DNA of 64,000 bases from the human T2T-CHM13v2.0 reference genome, Homo sapiens. Positions 11,830 to 25,017 of this stretch are shown piece after piece. The position numbers and the translations under genes were made by a program. Position 1 is the first letter of the stretch; the number at the start of each line of letters is the position of its first letter. The notes below the pieces were generated by a model that was not told where the DNA came from, did no database searches, and saw nothing but the letters and a program-made list of their open reading frames with translations. The stretch is taken from NCBI RefSeq assembly GCF_009914755.1, contig NC_060932.1. One strand, 5' to 3'.

Positions 11830-13687
11830 GGATTGCAAAGATTTAGGAATATTCTGAGATGAATAACAGCTTGCTGCTTAGGAAACTATCTGAGTTTCTT
11901 CTCTAAGATGGGTAGACTATGCTGACATGGTGAGGATAAGAGATTTCCTTTAAAACACATGTACCTTATTTTGAGTCAGTGTGCTCTTGATTTCCATGCT
12001 GACAGATTGTGCAATGTGAGGTTTGTGACTTTACTTTTCTGTTCCTTATTTCCTTTTCGTATAAAATGGGCAAAACAATCCCTGCATCTATGACAAAGTA
12101 AAATGATTGCAGTATTACATTTTTTAAAAACATAATCCAAAAATTTTGCCAAAATAATTTTCTTCAATTAAAATGAACGGTAGCACAATAATTGTAGGAT
12201 ACTCAAGTAGTTATTTAATTCTTTAGTGGAGTGCATTTTATTACAAATGCCTAATCAAACAAGGATTTAAAATAAAATTCCACTTATTTTAATAATGACT
12301 GTATTTAAAGTTCCCCATCACTAATACATTGGGATTTTGTGTGCATGTGTGATCTGGAATCTCTCAGCTAAGGGCTGGGAAATATTGTTAGTGATTAAGT
12401 GAAAATGAATCTCATTTTGGGAATGAAGGAAACAAATATGTTTGAGAATAACTTTAACATTCATGCATGGGTTTGGGGCAGGACTGTCTTAATGTCGTAA
12501 TCCTTTAAAAAGGTTCTAACTGAAGTAGATAACTAATTTGTTCTGCAGAGAGCTTTCTCAGATTACTCTCTTTGTGTGCAGATGGTTCCTACCCCACTGG
12601 AGGACTTCATTGTTCAATACACTCATCATCCATCCAGGACTGAGTGGAGTGCAATGAAGGAAGGTTAATGGGAGAGCTTTGTGTTTTCAGACAGTTCTTA
12701 TGCTTCTAGGAAAGTTAATTAGGAAGTGAAAACTTAAGCAGTTGACAATGTGCATTGTTGGCTACTAGGGCATGGTGACAAACAGCCCTGAAAGGTCTTC
12801 ACTTTCTTTTGTGAACAGAAAGGTAAGGAATTTGCACAAAAATGCACTGGTGAAGATCTGCTTTTCATCAAGGTCGAACCACGTAGTAAACAACAGAAAT
12901 AACTTGTTGTAATAAAGCGTGGTGTTGAAATGTTTATCAGCAAGTCCTTTTGACTGGCTTCAAAAGGTATATTTGAATAAGAGAAACCTTTGCCCAGAAG
13001 AACACAATCTGAAATTTAGTTCTAACATTTTCTTTATGTCAAGGTCAAGAAACTTAAGGGAAAAGTTTGACTTTCATGTAATCATGAATTTATCTCTCAT
13101 TAGGTTGAGATATTATGACTAAGTATTCACTTGATATTTGGGGTAGATACAGTTGATAAAGAGGAGAGAATTCTGAAAAATACTTGATCTGAAATGGCTT
13201 AATTAATTCTATTTCTCTAAAGAAAGGTCTGCGTTCTACCTTTTTCTCTGGATGGGTGTGTACTGAGTTCCATATGAAGAACCTTTCAAAATGTAAAAAT
13301 GTATTGTTGTGATGAGAAAATAGAACAAGAACCAGGCTGATCTGATAGAAAGTGTAGGTAAATCTGGGAGGCAGGTCTGAGCCTGGCCTAAGGATAGTGG
13401 TAAAGTGTTTGAGATGTAAAACTCAAAGAAGTGGGACTGGGCAGTCCAAGCAGATAAATTTGAAATGAAAGACAAAGAGAAGGGAATAACTGACATTAAC
13501 ACAGTAGTTTCCAGGGTGGGGATGTATCCTGAGGGCTGGCAACAATTACAGAGAAGCAAATATAATTTTTTTTACATCCAACAGGATTTGTTCAAGACTC
13601 AATTCCTCTTTTCCAAGTAAAGAGAAGAACTTTCTAGGAAGGCTCTGCAATTCTGTCTGTAGAATGTTCTGAGATGTTGGAAATGAA

Positions 13688-13848
13688 CTGTGCTGCCTGA
13701 GACTGTGGTCATTAATGACATGTGGCTACTGAATACTTGAAATGTGGATAGTGTGTCTGGGTAACAATTCTAAATTTTATTTAATTTTAATTAATTTTAA
13801 CTTTAATAGCCACATGTGGTTAGTGGCTATTATTTTAGATAGCATAGC
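13688..13848. mobile_element. MER3-like hAT-Charlie MITE
   Basis: Palindromic ends ctgtgctg...acatgtggctactgaatacttgaaatgtgg...ttaatagccacatgtggttagtggcta...tagcatag. Confidence 0.8.
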
Positions 13849-14466
13849 TAGGCATTACCTCTTCAGATACATCATGATTAAGTGATGGGCTTTGTCCTAG
13901 GTAAGAAAGAATAGTTTTGAGAAAATTTGAGGATTCTTCTAAGAGAGGACTTCTTATCCTAAGTCTATGACTGTACTAAGCCCCTCAATTTGCACTAATG
14001 CAAATATTTCCCAGTTGTAAATATTTCATGCTTTGTCTCCCCTTTGTGTACTCAGGACTGATGGTAGACCAAACCCACCCTTGCCTAATCTGGCTGTTTT
14101 GGCCGAAGGAAGAGAAAGGGGGAAGTTCTAGCAGAGAATTAAAGAACATGCTTTTTAAACTTAATTAGGTGAACTATCTGAGTTTTCTCCTACTTTGGCC
14201 TTTGAATGACTACTGAATTGCCCAGATTTTACAAAGAGTAGAATTTGTTGAATATAATATATATATATTTTTGCTATCAGTTTGTTAGAAATTTGTTACA
14301 ATATGTTATTATGGTTGACGTTAATCATGAATTAATTTTTGTTGTTGACAGAATGTTCTTTAGTCACCGGACAATTCAAGTAACAGTGTTTCTGTCCAAA
14401 AATATTGCCATAAAAAAGGAATGAAATAATGGCATTTGCAGCAACTTGGATGGAGTTGGAGATCAT

Positions 14467-14637
14467 CCTTTCTTTCCTTTCTTTTCCTTCCTTCCTTTCT
14501 TTCTCTCTCTCTCTCTCTCCCCTTCCTTCCCTCCCTTCCTCCCTTCCTCCCTTCTTTCTTCCCTTTTCTTCCCTTTTCTTTTCTTCTTTTCCTTCCTTTC
14601 TCTTTCTTTCTTTCTCCTTCCTTCTTTTCTTTCTTTC

Positions 14638-14705
<68 letters not shown>

Positions 14706-14755
14706 TGTTTTCTTTCTTTCTTTCCCTCCCTCCCTCCCTCCCTTCCTTCCTTCTC
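14467..14755. repeat. Compound TC-rich microsatellite: (TTCC)n, (TC)n and (TTTC)n; Alu tail expansion
   Basis: Nearly pure pyrimidine tract with a long perfect (TTTC)n run at about 14640-14705. Confidence 0.95.
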
Positions 14756-15057
<302 letters not shown>

Positions 15058-15090
15058 TAACCCAGGAATGGAAAACCAAATATTGTATTT

Positions 15091-15173
15091 TTTTAAAATT
15101 ATACTTTAAGTTTTAGGGTATACGTGCACAACGTGCCGGTTTGTTACATACGTACACATGTGCCATGTTGGTG
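15091..15173 (-). mobile_element. Very short young L1PA (PA4/5-like) 3' stub nested in L1PB
   Basis: ttatactttaagttttagggta..gtgcacaacgtgc.ggtttgttacata.gtac..atgtgccatgttggtg; GTATTT flanks both sides (15085-15090, 15174-15179). Confidence 0.88.
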
Positions 15174-15811
15174 GTATTTCTTACTTATAAGTGGGAGCTA
15201 AGCTATGAGGATGCAAAGGCATAAGAATGAGATAATGGACTCTGGATTTAGGGGGAAGGATGGGAGTGGGGTGAGGGATAAAAGACTACACATTGGGTTT
15301 AGTGTACACTGCTTGAGTGATGGGTGCACCAAAATCTCAGAAATCAGCACTAAAGAACTTACCAATGTAACAAAAATCCACCTGTTTCCTAAAAATATGG
15401 AAACAAAATAAAATATATACATATATTTATTCACAAGTTGATATGCCTAGATAAAGCAAAATGTTAGTAAAGAAGCAACATATGTAAAAGGACCACAGAG
15501 GAACAAAAGGGAAATATGTTTGGACTAAAGCCTTGGTATAAGTGTGAATAGCATCTAGAGATGATCTCTAAGTATTTGTTGGCAGGATGTTGTATGATGA
15601 GACTTAGAATAATTAAATTGCCATCCAGTTGGAACCCAATCAAATGCTGACCTAGGATGAGGTAATTATTTTTAGTTGGTAACTAGATACTCAAAAGGTT
15701 TTTCATATCATCTGTGTAGTTCACTCCACCTTGACAAGATCAACCAATCAATTGCAATTAGCCATCCATTCCTTCATCTCATTACTGTTCTTTTCTTGTT
15801 TTCCTTTTCAG

Positions 15812-15845
15812 CAACAATGGCCATGAGGGATTCAAGGATTATGCG
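15812..15845 (+). other. Candidate micro-exon (unvalidated)
   Basis: Long pyrimidine tract ctgttcttttcttgttttccttttcAG, 34 nt, then GCG|GTAAGG; alternative donor AAG|GTAAAT gives 39 nt. Confidence 0.3.
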
Positions 15846-16074
15846 GTAAGGTAAATCTTAGTTTCCATTTTACCACTTTTTAAAGCACCAACCACTTATG
15901 AGATCTCAACTACTTTTATAATGAATTTCTAATTTATGATTATAATTCTTGCTGTCATTTTATGAAACACAATGTTATTGAAAACAAGAAAAGTTGTTCT
16001 GCCTTTGCTATCTTGTCCCTGGTGCATTTTTAGCCCTTCTCATCTCTGTTACTCTCTTCATACTTTTTATTATC

Positions 16075-16186
16075 TGCTTCTTGCTCTATGAAGGCAGGTA
16101 TTATGTCTGACTTATTCAGTGTAGTGTCCTCACTAGCCAGACCATGACTGAAAAACAATAGTTACCAAATAGATGTTTATTAAATC
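16075..16186 (+). mobile_element. L2 3' end fragment
   Basis: gctctatgaaggcagg.attatgtctgacttattcagtg...aaatagatgtttattaaat. Confidence 0.6.
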
Positions 16187-16319
16187 TTGTTTTCTGAAGC
16201 ATAAATATCTTCCTGTTTTCCTGTAATCTTTTGGAACTGTTGTGTTGTGTATGTATTTCTAGAAATCTGGGTGTAGATACATTCATAAGTAGACATGGAT
16301 CAATCACACATATATATAT

Positions 16320-17449
16320 TTTATTTTTATTATTTCTTTCTAACTTTTATTTTGGGTTGGGGGTACATGTGCAGATTTGTTTGTTACATGGGTAAATTGT
16401 GTGTTTTGGGGATTTGATGTACAGATTATTTCATCACCCAGGTAATAAGCATAGTACCCAATAGGTAGTTTTTCATTTCTCATCCTCCTCCCACCTTCCT
16501 CTCTCAAGTAGGCCCTGGTGTCTATTGTTCTCTTCGTATCCATGTGTATTCAATGTTTAACTCTCATAAGTGAGAACATGCAGTATTTGGTTTTCTGTTC
16601 ATGTGTCACTTAGGATAATGGTCTTCAGTTCCATCCATGCTATTGCAAAGAACATGATCTCATTCTTTTTAATGGCTGTGTGGTATTCCATGGTGTATAT
16701 ATGCCACATTTTCTTTATCAGTCCACCATTGATGGACATTTATGTTGATTCCATGTCTTTGCTATTGTGAATAGTGCCATGGTGAACATATGCATGCACG
16801 TTATCTTTATGTTGGAATGATTTCTATTTCTTTAGGTATATATGCAGTAATGGGATTGTTGGGTTGAATGGTAGTTCTGTTTTCAGTTATTTGAAAAATC
16901 TCCAAACTGCCTTCAACAGTGACTGAACTAATTTACATTCCCACCAGCAGTGAATACATGTTCCCTTTTCTCCTCAACCTTGCCAGCAGCTGTTGCTTTT
17001 TGACTTTTTAACAATAGCCATTCTGATTGGTGTGAGACAATATCTCACTGTGGTCTTGATTTGCATTTCTTTAATGATTAGTAATGTGGAGCATTTTTCC
17101 ACATGCTCATTGGCTGTATGTATGTCTTCTTGTGTCTGTTCATGATCTTTGACCATTTTTTTGGGGTTGACCATTTTTTTGACCATTTAATGGGGTTGCT
17201 TGTTTTCTGTTTGTTGGTTTGTTGAAATTCTTCATAGATTCTGGATATTATACCTCTTTTGATACATAGTTTGCAAATATTTTCTCCCATTCTGGAGGTT
17301 GTCTGTTTACTGTGTTGATAATTTCTTTTGCTGTGCAGAAGTGCTTTAGTTTAATTAGGTCCCATTTGTCAATTTTTGTTTTTGTTGCAATTGCTTCATC
17401 ATGAAATCTTTGCCAGGGCCTATGACCAGAATGGTATTTCCCCAGATTT
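16320..17449 (-). mobile_element. 5'-truncated old L1PA (PA13-15-like) 3' end
   Basis: aacttttattttgggttgggggtacatgtgcag...catcacccaggtaataagcatagtacc; ORF2 C-terminal remnants on the minus strand ([15 protein letters not shown]); possible TSD atattttat. Confidence 0.92.
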
Positions 17450-18859
17450 TATATTTTATATAAGTTCTTGATGAAGCATTGTTAAGCATTTTATACAATG
17501 AACTTGAGAGAGTACCTGGGGTTCTGAAAAAGCATCTTCAACTACTTCACAAAGAATTTTTACAAAATATGACATTCTACATTTTCTATGGGATAATTGT
17601 GTCTGTACTATCTAAGAGTCTCTGGATTCTTTATATTTTTCTAATTTCCATTGAACTTTTGGGTCTCATAGAAAGGAGGCAAGCTGAAGTTGTTACATTA
17701 ACTAACTAATGAATCAGTTAACCAACAGGCCTTGACTTCCTCCTATGTGAAAGTGACTGGACGAAGTGATTAGACATTGGTGTGCCTGCCTTTGAACTGA
17801 AGGCCTTGTTACTGTAGAAGTGTAAATCCCTGTGCCTCCTTTTTCAACACACCTGTTTGGTTTAAAAACAAATATAAGATCTACATTCTATAGAGAACAG
17901 AAATTTTCTATACTTTTAATGGCTTCCAAAATGTCTGGATAATTTCATAGTATTAGTGAATATCATGAAAGAGAATAGGAAGTAAAAAAAAAAAGTGAGA
18001 AAATGAAACTTTTACTGCTTAAAAAACAGTGGCAAGTTCCCTGAAGTGGTAAATGGACCATCTGTGTGCTCTGGCACCAGAAAATGTATAATTTCTTTAA
18101 AAGTACCAGTACATAGCTGTCCTTTTGAATGTATATCTGAAATAATGTATGTATTGTATATGAAAATAAAGCAGGGAGACAGAGTGTACTTTTAAAGCAC
18201 AGTGTGCATATTTACTTCAAAGCTATTGTCAACAAGAATACAATTTATTAATTTAGGTAAATATAAAGAGTCAGGCTTTTTTTTGTTTATTGGTTTGTTT
18301 GTTTTTTTTTTCTTCTTCAATAAGGAGGGTAAGTAGATCACACCTCAAAAATCTGTCTGCTCCCGTTTGGAAAACGATTGCCTTGAATCTTGAACACCTT
18401 ATTGGAAATACTACAGACATTGCAGTTGGAAAGGGGTAACTTCAGTTCTGACGGAACCCACTATCTCTCCCAGTAGTCATAGGGCTTGTATGTTCGGGAA
18501 CACCCAAGTCCTACCAATAGCTTTTATAGTTGTTCAGCATTAAACTCAGAGTCAAGGGAAAGAATTTGTTATGTTCTTTGTCTCATTTAAATTTCTTCCT
18601 TCTTTTCAGTGCTGGTTGAGTATGTATGAAGTTTACAGCAACACAGAAATCAGAGATTAAACATCTTGGTAGAATTAATTTAGTGTCCAGCATTGTACTT
18701 TTTTCTCTATGAATGCAAATTTCCTGTTCACCTTAAAACTCTCTGTGGGGAGGAAGTAGCAGTTATCAGAGGTGATAACATGGAGACCCAACCAGTAACC
18801 TTTTAGCAAAGCACAAGTTTCTAGAATTTCTTTTTTTAAATCCTTAATAATAATCTTTT

Positions 18860-20143
18860 ATGTATTTATTTATTTTTATTAAAAAATTTTTAAATTTTTT
18901 ATTTCCATAGGATTTTGGGGAACAGGTGGTGTTTGGTTACATGAGTCAGTTCTTTAGTGGGGATTTGTGAGATTTTGGTGCACCCATCACCCAAGCAGTA
19001 TACAGTGAACCCAATTTGTAGCTTTTTATCCCTCACCCCCTTCCTGCCCTTTTCCCTGCCAGTGCCCAAAGTCCATTGTATCATTCTTAGGCCTTTACAT
19101 TCTCATAGCTTAGCTCCCACTTATGAGTGAGAACATATGATGTTTGGTTGTCCATTCCTGAGTTACCTCACTTAGAATAATAGTCTCTAATCCCATCCAC
19201 GTTGCTGTGAATGCCATTAATTCATTCCTATTTACGGCGGAGAAGTATTCCATCATATATATGTGTGTATATATATTATACACATATATATCATACATAT
19301 ACATGTATATATATACAAATATATGTATATATGGATAATATGTATATATACATATATGTGTATATATGGATAAAGAAACTGATATACATGTATGTATGAT
19401 ATATGTGTATTATATATGTGTATTATATGTATATATACATATATATCTCATATATACATATATACACATGTGTGTGTATATATCTCATATTATATCTATA
19501 TATTATATATAATTCATATATATCTCTCTGTTTATATATATTTCTATATATTATATATATATAAAATTCATATATATATCTCTCTCTCTCTCACAGTTTC
19601 TTTATCCACTCTTTGATTGATGGGCATTTGAGCTGGTTCCATATTTTGTAATTGTGAATTATGCTGCTATAAACATGCGTGTGCAAGTATCTTTTTCTTA
19701 TAATGACTTCTTTTCCTCTGGGTAGATACCCAGTAGTGGGATTGCTGGATCAAATGGTAGCTCTACTTTTAGTTCTTTAAGGAATCTTTACACTGTTTTC
19801 CATAGTGGTTGTACTAGTTTACATTCCTACCAACAGTGTGGAAGTGTTCCCTTTTCACCACATCCACGCCAACATTTATTATTTTTGAGTTTTCAATTAT
19901 GGCCTTTCTTGAGGGAGTAAGGTGGTATGGCATTGTGGTTTTGATTTGCATTTCCCTGATCATTAGTGATGTTAAGCATTTTTTCATATGTTTTTTGTCC
20001 ATTTGTATATCTTCTTTTGAAAATCATCAAAAACAAAGGTAAATATGTAGGACTTAATTAAACTAAAGAGCTTCTGTACAGCAAAAGGAACAGTCAGCAG
20101 AGTAAACAGACAACACACAGAATGGGAGAAAATCTTCACAATC
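18860..20143 (-). mobile_element. L1PB with 5' inversion (antisense 18860 to about 20024; sense segment about 20026-20143)
   Basis: atttccataggattttggggaacaggtgg is an L1PB 3' end; orientation flips at cttttgaaaat|catcaaaaacaaagg to a sense ORF2 piece ending gagaaaatcttcacaatc. Confidence 0.9.
19255..19592. repeat. Degenerate (TA)n/(TATG)n microsatellite inside L1PB
   Basis: About 340 bp of AT-alternating sequence between gtattccatc and cacagtttctttatccactc. Confidence 0.95.
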
Positions 20144-20269
20144 AACAGAATTGGTTTTCTTCCACCATTCCTCTTCAGGAAGCCCTTTCCAGATGAAGGT
20201 CGGCATTGCATTTCCGCCAAGCTAGTCTCCTTTCAGTTTTTGGCAAGGGTCAGGGTCTTTTGCACCTCT

Positions 20270-20370
20270 GCACCTTCTCATTTGCTGTTCCCTGAGCCTG
20301 GAACACTCTCTGCTGGGTGAATTTCTACTTATCCCTCAGATCTCAGCTTAAATATTTCCCCTTCACAGGA
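20270..20370 (+). mobile_element. L2 fragment
   Basis: tttgctgttccctgagcctggaacactct...cttatccctcagatctcagcttaaatatt. Confidence 0.7.
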
Positions 20371-20719
20371 GTTGTTTGTGCTTTGACTTAATTTACGTTG
20401 TGTGTATTTTGCCTCTAAAAGAGATTTGTAAAAGTTAGAATTTTAAAGTTGAACCAAAGAGAAATTGTTGTCATTTGTGACCAAACCAAAATTTATTTAT
20501 TGTTGATTTTTTTAAAAATCATCTCTGTTTCTGACTGACATTAACGACACTATAATTTTTTTCTCTTTTTCAATAATGATTCTTTCTTTTTCTCTGGTAT
20601 TGAGTTTCTTCTCTTTACATTGTGGTGATTTCTTTTTCACTTTTCCTTCCCCTAAGTTTTCATAATTTTAGCTTGGTTGCCTTACAGATTATCACTTAAC
20701 TCTATTTTTTTCTCCCCTC

Positions 20720-22110
20720 ATTTTTATTGCAAATATCACACATACTAAAAAGTGCATGAAATTTACAGATACCATTTAAAAACTCGTCATAGAACAAACA
20801 TTTGTGTAACTGCTAGTCACTTCTTGAAGTAACCATTATCCTGACTTAAAAAAAAAGATTTCCTTGCTTTCTTTACTATTCATTTATGTATACTTAAATG
20901 ATATAGTTTAGTTTTGCCTATTCTTGAAATTTACATGCACAGAAAAATGCTGTATATATTTTTTGTGGCTTGTTTTTATTCAATATTAAAGACTTACCAG
21001 TTATTGAATGCATTTGTAGATTATTTCTAAAATTTGTTTTTCTGTTTTACTATTAATGGAATACAATTTGGGTTGCTTCTAGATGTATATTTTCAGGCAT
21101 ATATCCTGGTGTATATGTGCATGAGTCCCTCTTGGATATATAGGCTTAATTTTGTTGGATCATTGGGCATTTATACCTTTATTTTTACTAGATAATGGCA
21201 AACTCTTTTACAAAGTCGTTGTATCAATGAACACTTCTACCAGCAGTGAGTTCCCATTGCTCAGCATTTTTGCCAATGTTTGATATTATTAGACTTCTAT
21301 ATATTTTTTATCCTTTTAATGTGTGTATTACTGATAACTAAGTAGGTTTCATGTCTTTCTACATGTTTATGTGCCATTTGGATGCCTTCTTTTGATTAGC
21401 TGTTTGTCCATTTTCCCCTTGGGTACCTGCTTTTTTTCCATTGATTCATGTGAGATTTGTATATCACAGAGCGGTAGGAGTGAGGAGGGCTGTGTTCCAT
21501 GCAGTCATTCAGAAACCCAGGCTCTTCCAGTCAGTAGTTCTATTACCTCCTGGAACCTTGGAATCCTTCACCAGATCCTCCACATTTGGCCAGCATCTGA
21601 GGAGAGACATAACGTAAGAGGAGGAGGATCATGTGGAAAGTTTTACAGGAGTCAGGCCTGTATATCGGTGCTGTATATCGGTCACTTCCGCCTAAATTCC
21701 AGTGGCCAGATGCCAATTATATGGTCCCGGGGAAATACAAGTGAGGTTCGGAAATATGCTCAGAGCGCTCACGATAAAAAGGACATTGGTTTGGTGAACC
21801 CAAAGCACTGTCTCTGCCATACATCCCATGATCATGATGATAGATGATATTCTCCTTTATCATTTTCTAAAAGCTTTATAGTTTTTCATTCGAACGTTTA
21901 ATTTGTAGTTATTTTTGGTGTGAAGTAGGCAGCTGATTTCACATGTTAATTAATTTAGATGTCCAATTTTTCTACCATCATCTTTAAAAATCTGTCCTTT
22001 CTTGATCCATAATGTGGCATTTATAATTGATCAAGAGTCAATATTTGGGTGAGTGTATTTTAAGGCTCTCTATTCTGTTTTGTTACTCTATGGATCTTCA
22101 CTGTGTCAAT
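20720..22110 (-). mobile_element. Old L1ME fragments, interrupted by an MLT1 LTR
   Basis: gtaaccattatcctgact, gttttgcctattcttgaaatttac, tttgggttgcttctag, ttctaccagcagtgagttcccattgctc, ggctctctattctgttt. Confidence 0.65.
21460..21821 (-). mobile_element. MLT1J/K/L-like MaLR LTR
   Basis: tccatgcagtcattcagaaacccaggct...tcacttccgcctaaattccagtggccaga...ggtttggtgaac...tgtctctgccata is the antisense MLT1J-family 5' end. Confidence 0.7.
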
Positions 22111-24899
22111 ATCACATACATCACATTGTATACATATACAATGCCTTTTTAAAAATGAGAAACCAAGGGAAAAGTGTCTGTCTATAACTGCCTCACTCAG
22201 GCCTTAAAGAAGGTATTTAACTGTTGTAGGTGGAATGTCTCTACAATGGAGAGGATAATAGACTACTAAGACAGTTGATGGGTTAGGTTTAATTTATCAA
22301 AGGTACTGTTTAATATTAAATAAAATTCATACTATTTGGGCCTATAGAGTATTTATATTTAAGTTGATTATATATTTCTTTAAAATGGTAAAGCAATTTA
22401 AATGACAATTTAGTACATTTGACTTATGTCACTTCTTAGTCTCTTTCTGCTGCATTAATGACTGTGTTCTCTTGTGAAAATTAGCAACATGAAGCACTTT
22501 CTCTTACAAGAACTTTTGTTTTGTTTATTTTCTCACCCATTTTGTGTCTTTCTTCTTTTTATCTTTGTTTGTTTTCTGGAGGTTTTAATTTCTCTTAATC
22601 TGAATAGCATTCATTTATATAGAATGATCTTCAGCCATTTGCTAAAAGCCCCATTCCATTATTTTCTCAGTTGGTTTCCTTTCCTTTTTTTATTTAATGC
22701 AAAAGAATGAGTTCTTTTTGCTTTTATATCTTTGAAGAGTCCCTTATGAATCCACAGAATCTATTTCTTGATGCTTGCATTTTTTTCTATGAAACTATAG
22801 CTGATTTCTTCTTTTTGCAGTTCCAACTCTCTTCTATAGTCATGCATTTTTATAGCTTCCTCCCCTACTCCAGTGGTTCCCCACCTGTTCACTCATGAGC
22901 CATGAGTGGCTCACAAACCTGTTTCAGGTGGCCCATAAGTCTCCTGTCAGCTCACCGCCCAGCCTTCACAAGCAAAGTGGGTCACCAACGAGGCCTTCTC
23001 ATGCTTCCTAGCAACTGGTAGGGCCCAAACCCACCTGCTCTGCAGTTTCTCCTCCCACCATGGAAAAAAAAACCCTTCATTCAAGTTTATGACTCATAAC
23101 GTTATAAATGAAGCATATCAGAGTAATCTGAATAATAAAAAAATGCCCTACCACCTCACACCATACCAATAGGAAGTCCACATTTCCTTAAGACTTGCGA
23201 ACCAAGTATGAACTCAGTCACAAACTCAAAATCACCTTGCAAAATGTCATGGTTTTATTTATCAATAAGTAAACTCAGCCTAGATTTAAAAACCTGCCTT
23301 GGCTCGGTAGTAGAAAATTTGCCAGCTCCAGAAAATTCTTTAACTTCTAGTCTAGCACTTGGTTCCTTAGTAGGGAAAGAGTGGTAATTAGCCAAATGAG
23401 TGTTCTCCACTGTCTGGATTTTTCTCTTTCTCCTAGGTTGGATTGGGGTCCAAATCCAAATCACATATGTCATAGGTTGTCGTGTGGGGAGGTTGGCATG
23501 TGTTTCTGATTACCTTCTATGCTGGTTTGCCTCTTCTGAGGTGGAATTCGTCCCTTCAAGCCTTGGGCTGTACTACCTAAGTCTGCATCACCTACTGCTG
23601 ATGTCAGCCATTTCTCCATGGCTCCCAGGGGTTGGCTTCTCTTATTCTGTTCTCTCCTGACTCTGTGCTGCCCTCATAACAGCCATGAGGCCTCTTCTGG
23701 ACTATCAGTCCCTCAGCCACTTGTGTGCATACTTAGTGGCAGGGTGGAGGGGGAAAGAGTGTGAGAGGATGGAGGCCAAAGGCTTTCCGTACAGCACTTT
23801 GGTATGCTCAGGATTCTAGGAGTTTTCTTTGAGGTCTGTCTTCTTAGAAATATTCTTCAGTCATTGCTTCTTTACTGTTTTAGGTACCATGTTGGCTTGG
23901 TAGTAGAACACTTAATCTTGTCAGTTCCAGAAAATTTACTGACTTTTAGTCTAACATTTTGTCCCTTAGTAGGGAGGGGGTGGTAATTAATGAGCCAAAT
24001 GAGGATTCTAGAAGAATCCTATGTGGCTTGCAGCCTTTCAGTTTATGCCCCAGCCTTTCAAGGGGGCTGCTTGGGAATCTTCTGTTCTGCTTGGGGATCT
24101 TCTCTGAGCTTTCTGTTATCCTGCTGCTTCTGGGGGCTGGCTTGGGATCCTGGTGCTGCTGCTCTCTTTCCTCTCTTTGACAAGGGATGGAGCCCTCTTC
24201 TTCCTCTGGGTGGGTGATGGTATTACATTACCCTGCATTCATCCACTCCATGGTTTAGATCATGTGGGTCCTCCAGGATTTGGTGCTTTATACTGAATCC
24301 AACCTCTTGAATTAAAAAAAGAAAACTTTTCTCCTTTAAGTGTCTGACTCTTGCAACTGAAAAGATGTAGCTTTTAAGATTGTTGTCTCTGCTCTAGATT
24401 TATAAAAAATTGATTTCAGAACTAAACAGCCAAGAATGTAATGTTTTATTCTCTTCCCCAAGTCTCTTCCCTAAGGTAAGTGCATGTTGAAAGACATTAC
24501 TGCTGCTTGAATTGGGGGTTGGGGATGGAAAGTGAGGAATGGAGCCACTCACATAGAGATTTGACTAAAATATTACCTTTTTGAATCTGTCTTTCTTTAT
24601 GGAAAGTGTGTGATAATCACAAAATGGTCTATCTCTCCTTCATTTATCATTCTCTCAGTAGTGCTACCATATTAGAAAATCCAGTGACTTATAAGTACAT
24701 GAAAAGACTAAATAATTGTAATAAGCTATTGCCTATAACAAAGTCAGTTGCCAAGTCCTGTGAATTCTTCCTTCACAAAATCTCAGAGGACTAGACACTT
24801 AAAAAAGAGTTATGACATTCTAAAATATTTAGAAATACATTACTTCATTTGTAATTTTAATTATAATGATACAGGTATTTTAATGGAGGCGATGTGAGA

Positions 24900-25017
24900 G
24901 TATCTTAGACCCATTTTGCACTTCTGACCTACAGAGTGGTAAGAAAATAAACTGGAATTGTTTTAAGACACTGTGTTTGTGGCAATTTGTTATAGCAGCC
25001 ATGGAAGATGAATACAG
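24900..25017 (+). mobile_element. MLT1 LTR 3' fragment
   Basis: acttctgacctacagagt.gtaagaaaataaa...ttttaagacact..gtttgtggcaatttgttatagcagcc...tgaataca. Confidence 0.75.

Noticed and set aside
15091-15173. Apparent CpG gain (T>C changes) in the L1PA stub as a sign of RNA editing or biased gene conversion
   Set aside because: Only about 5 differences from a recalled consensus; too few to interpret.
22450-24300. Cluster of hydrophobic short ORFs suggesting a membrane protein
   Set aside because: T-rich sequence, probably degraded antisense L1M; no splice structure or recognisable domain.
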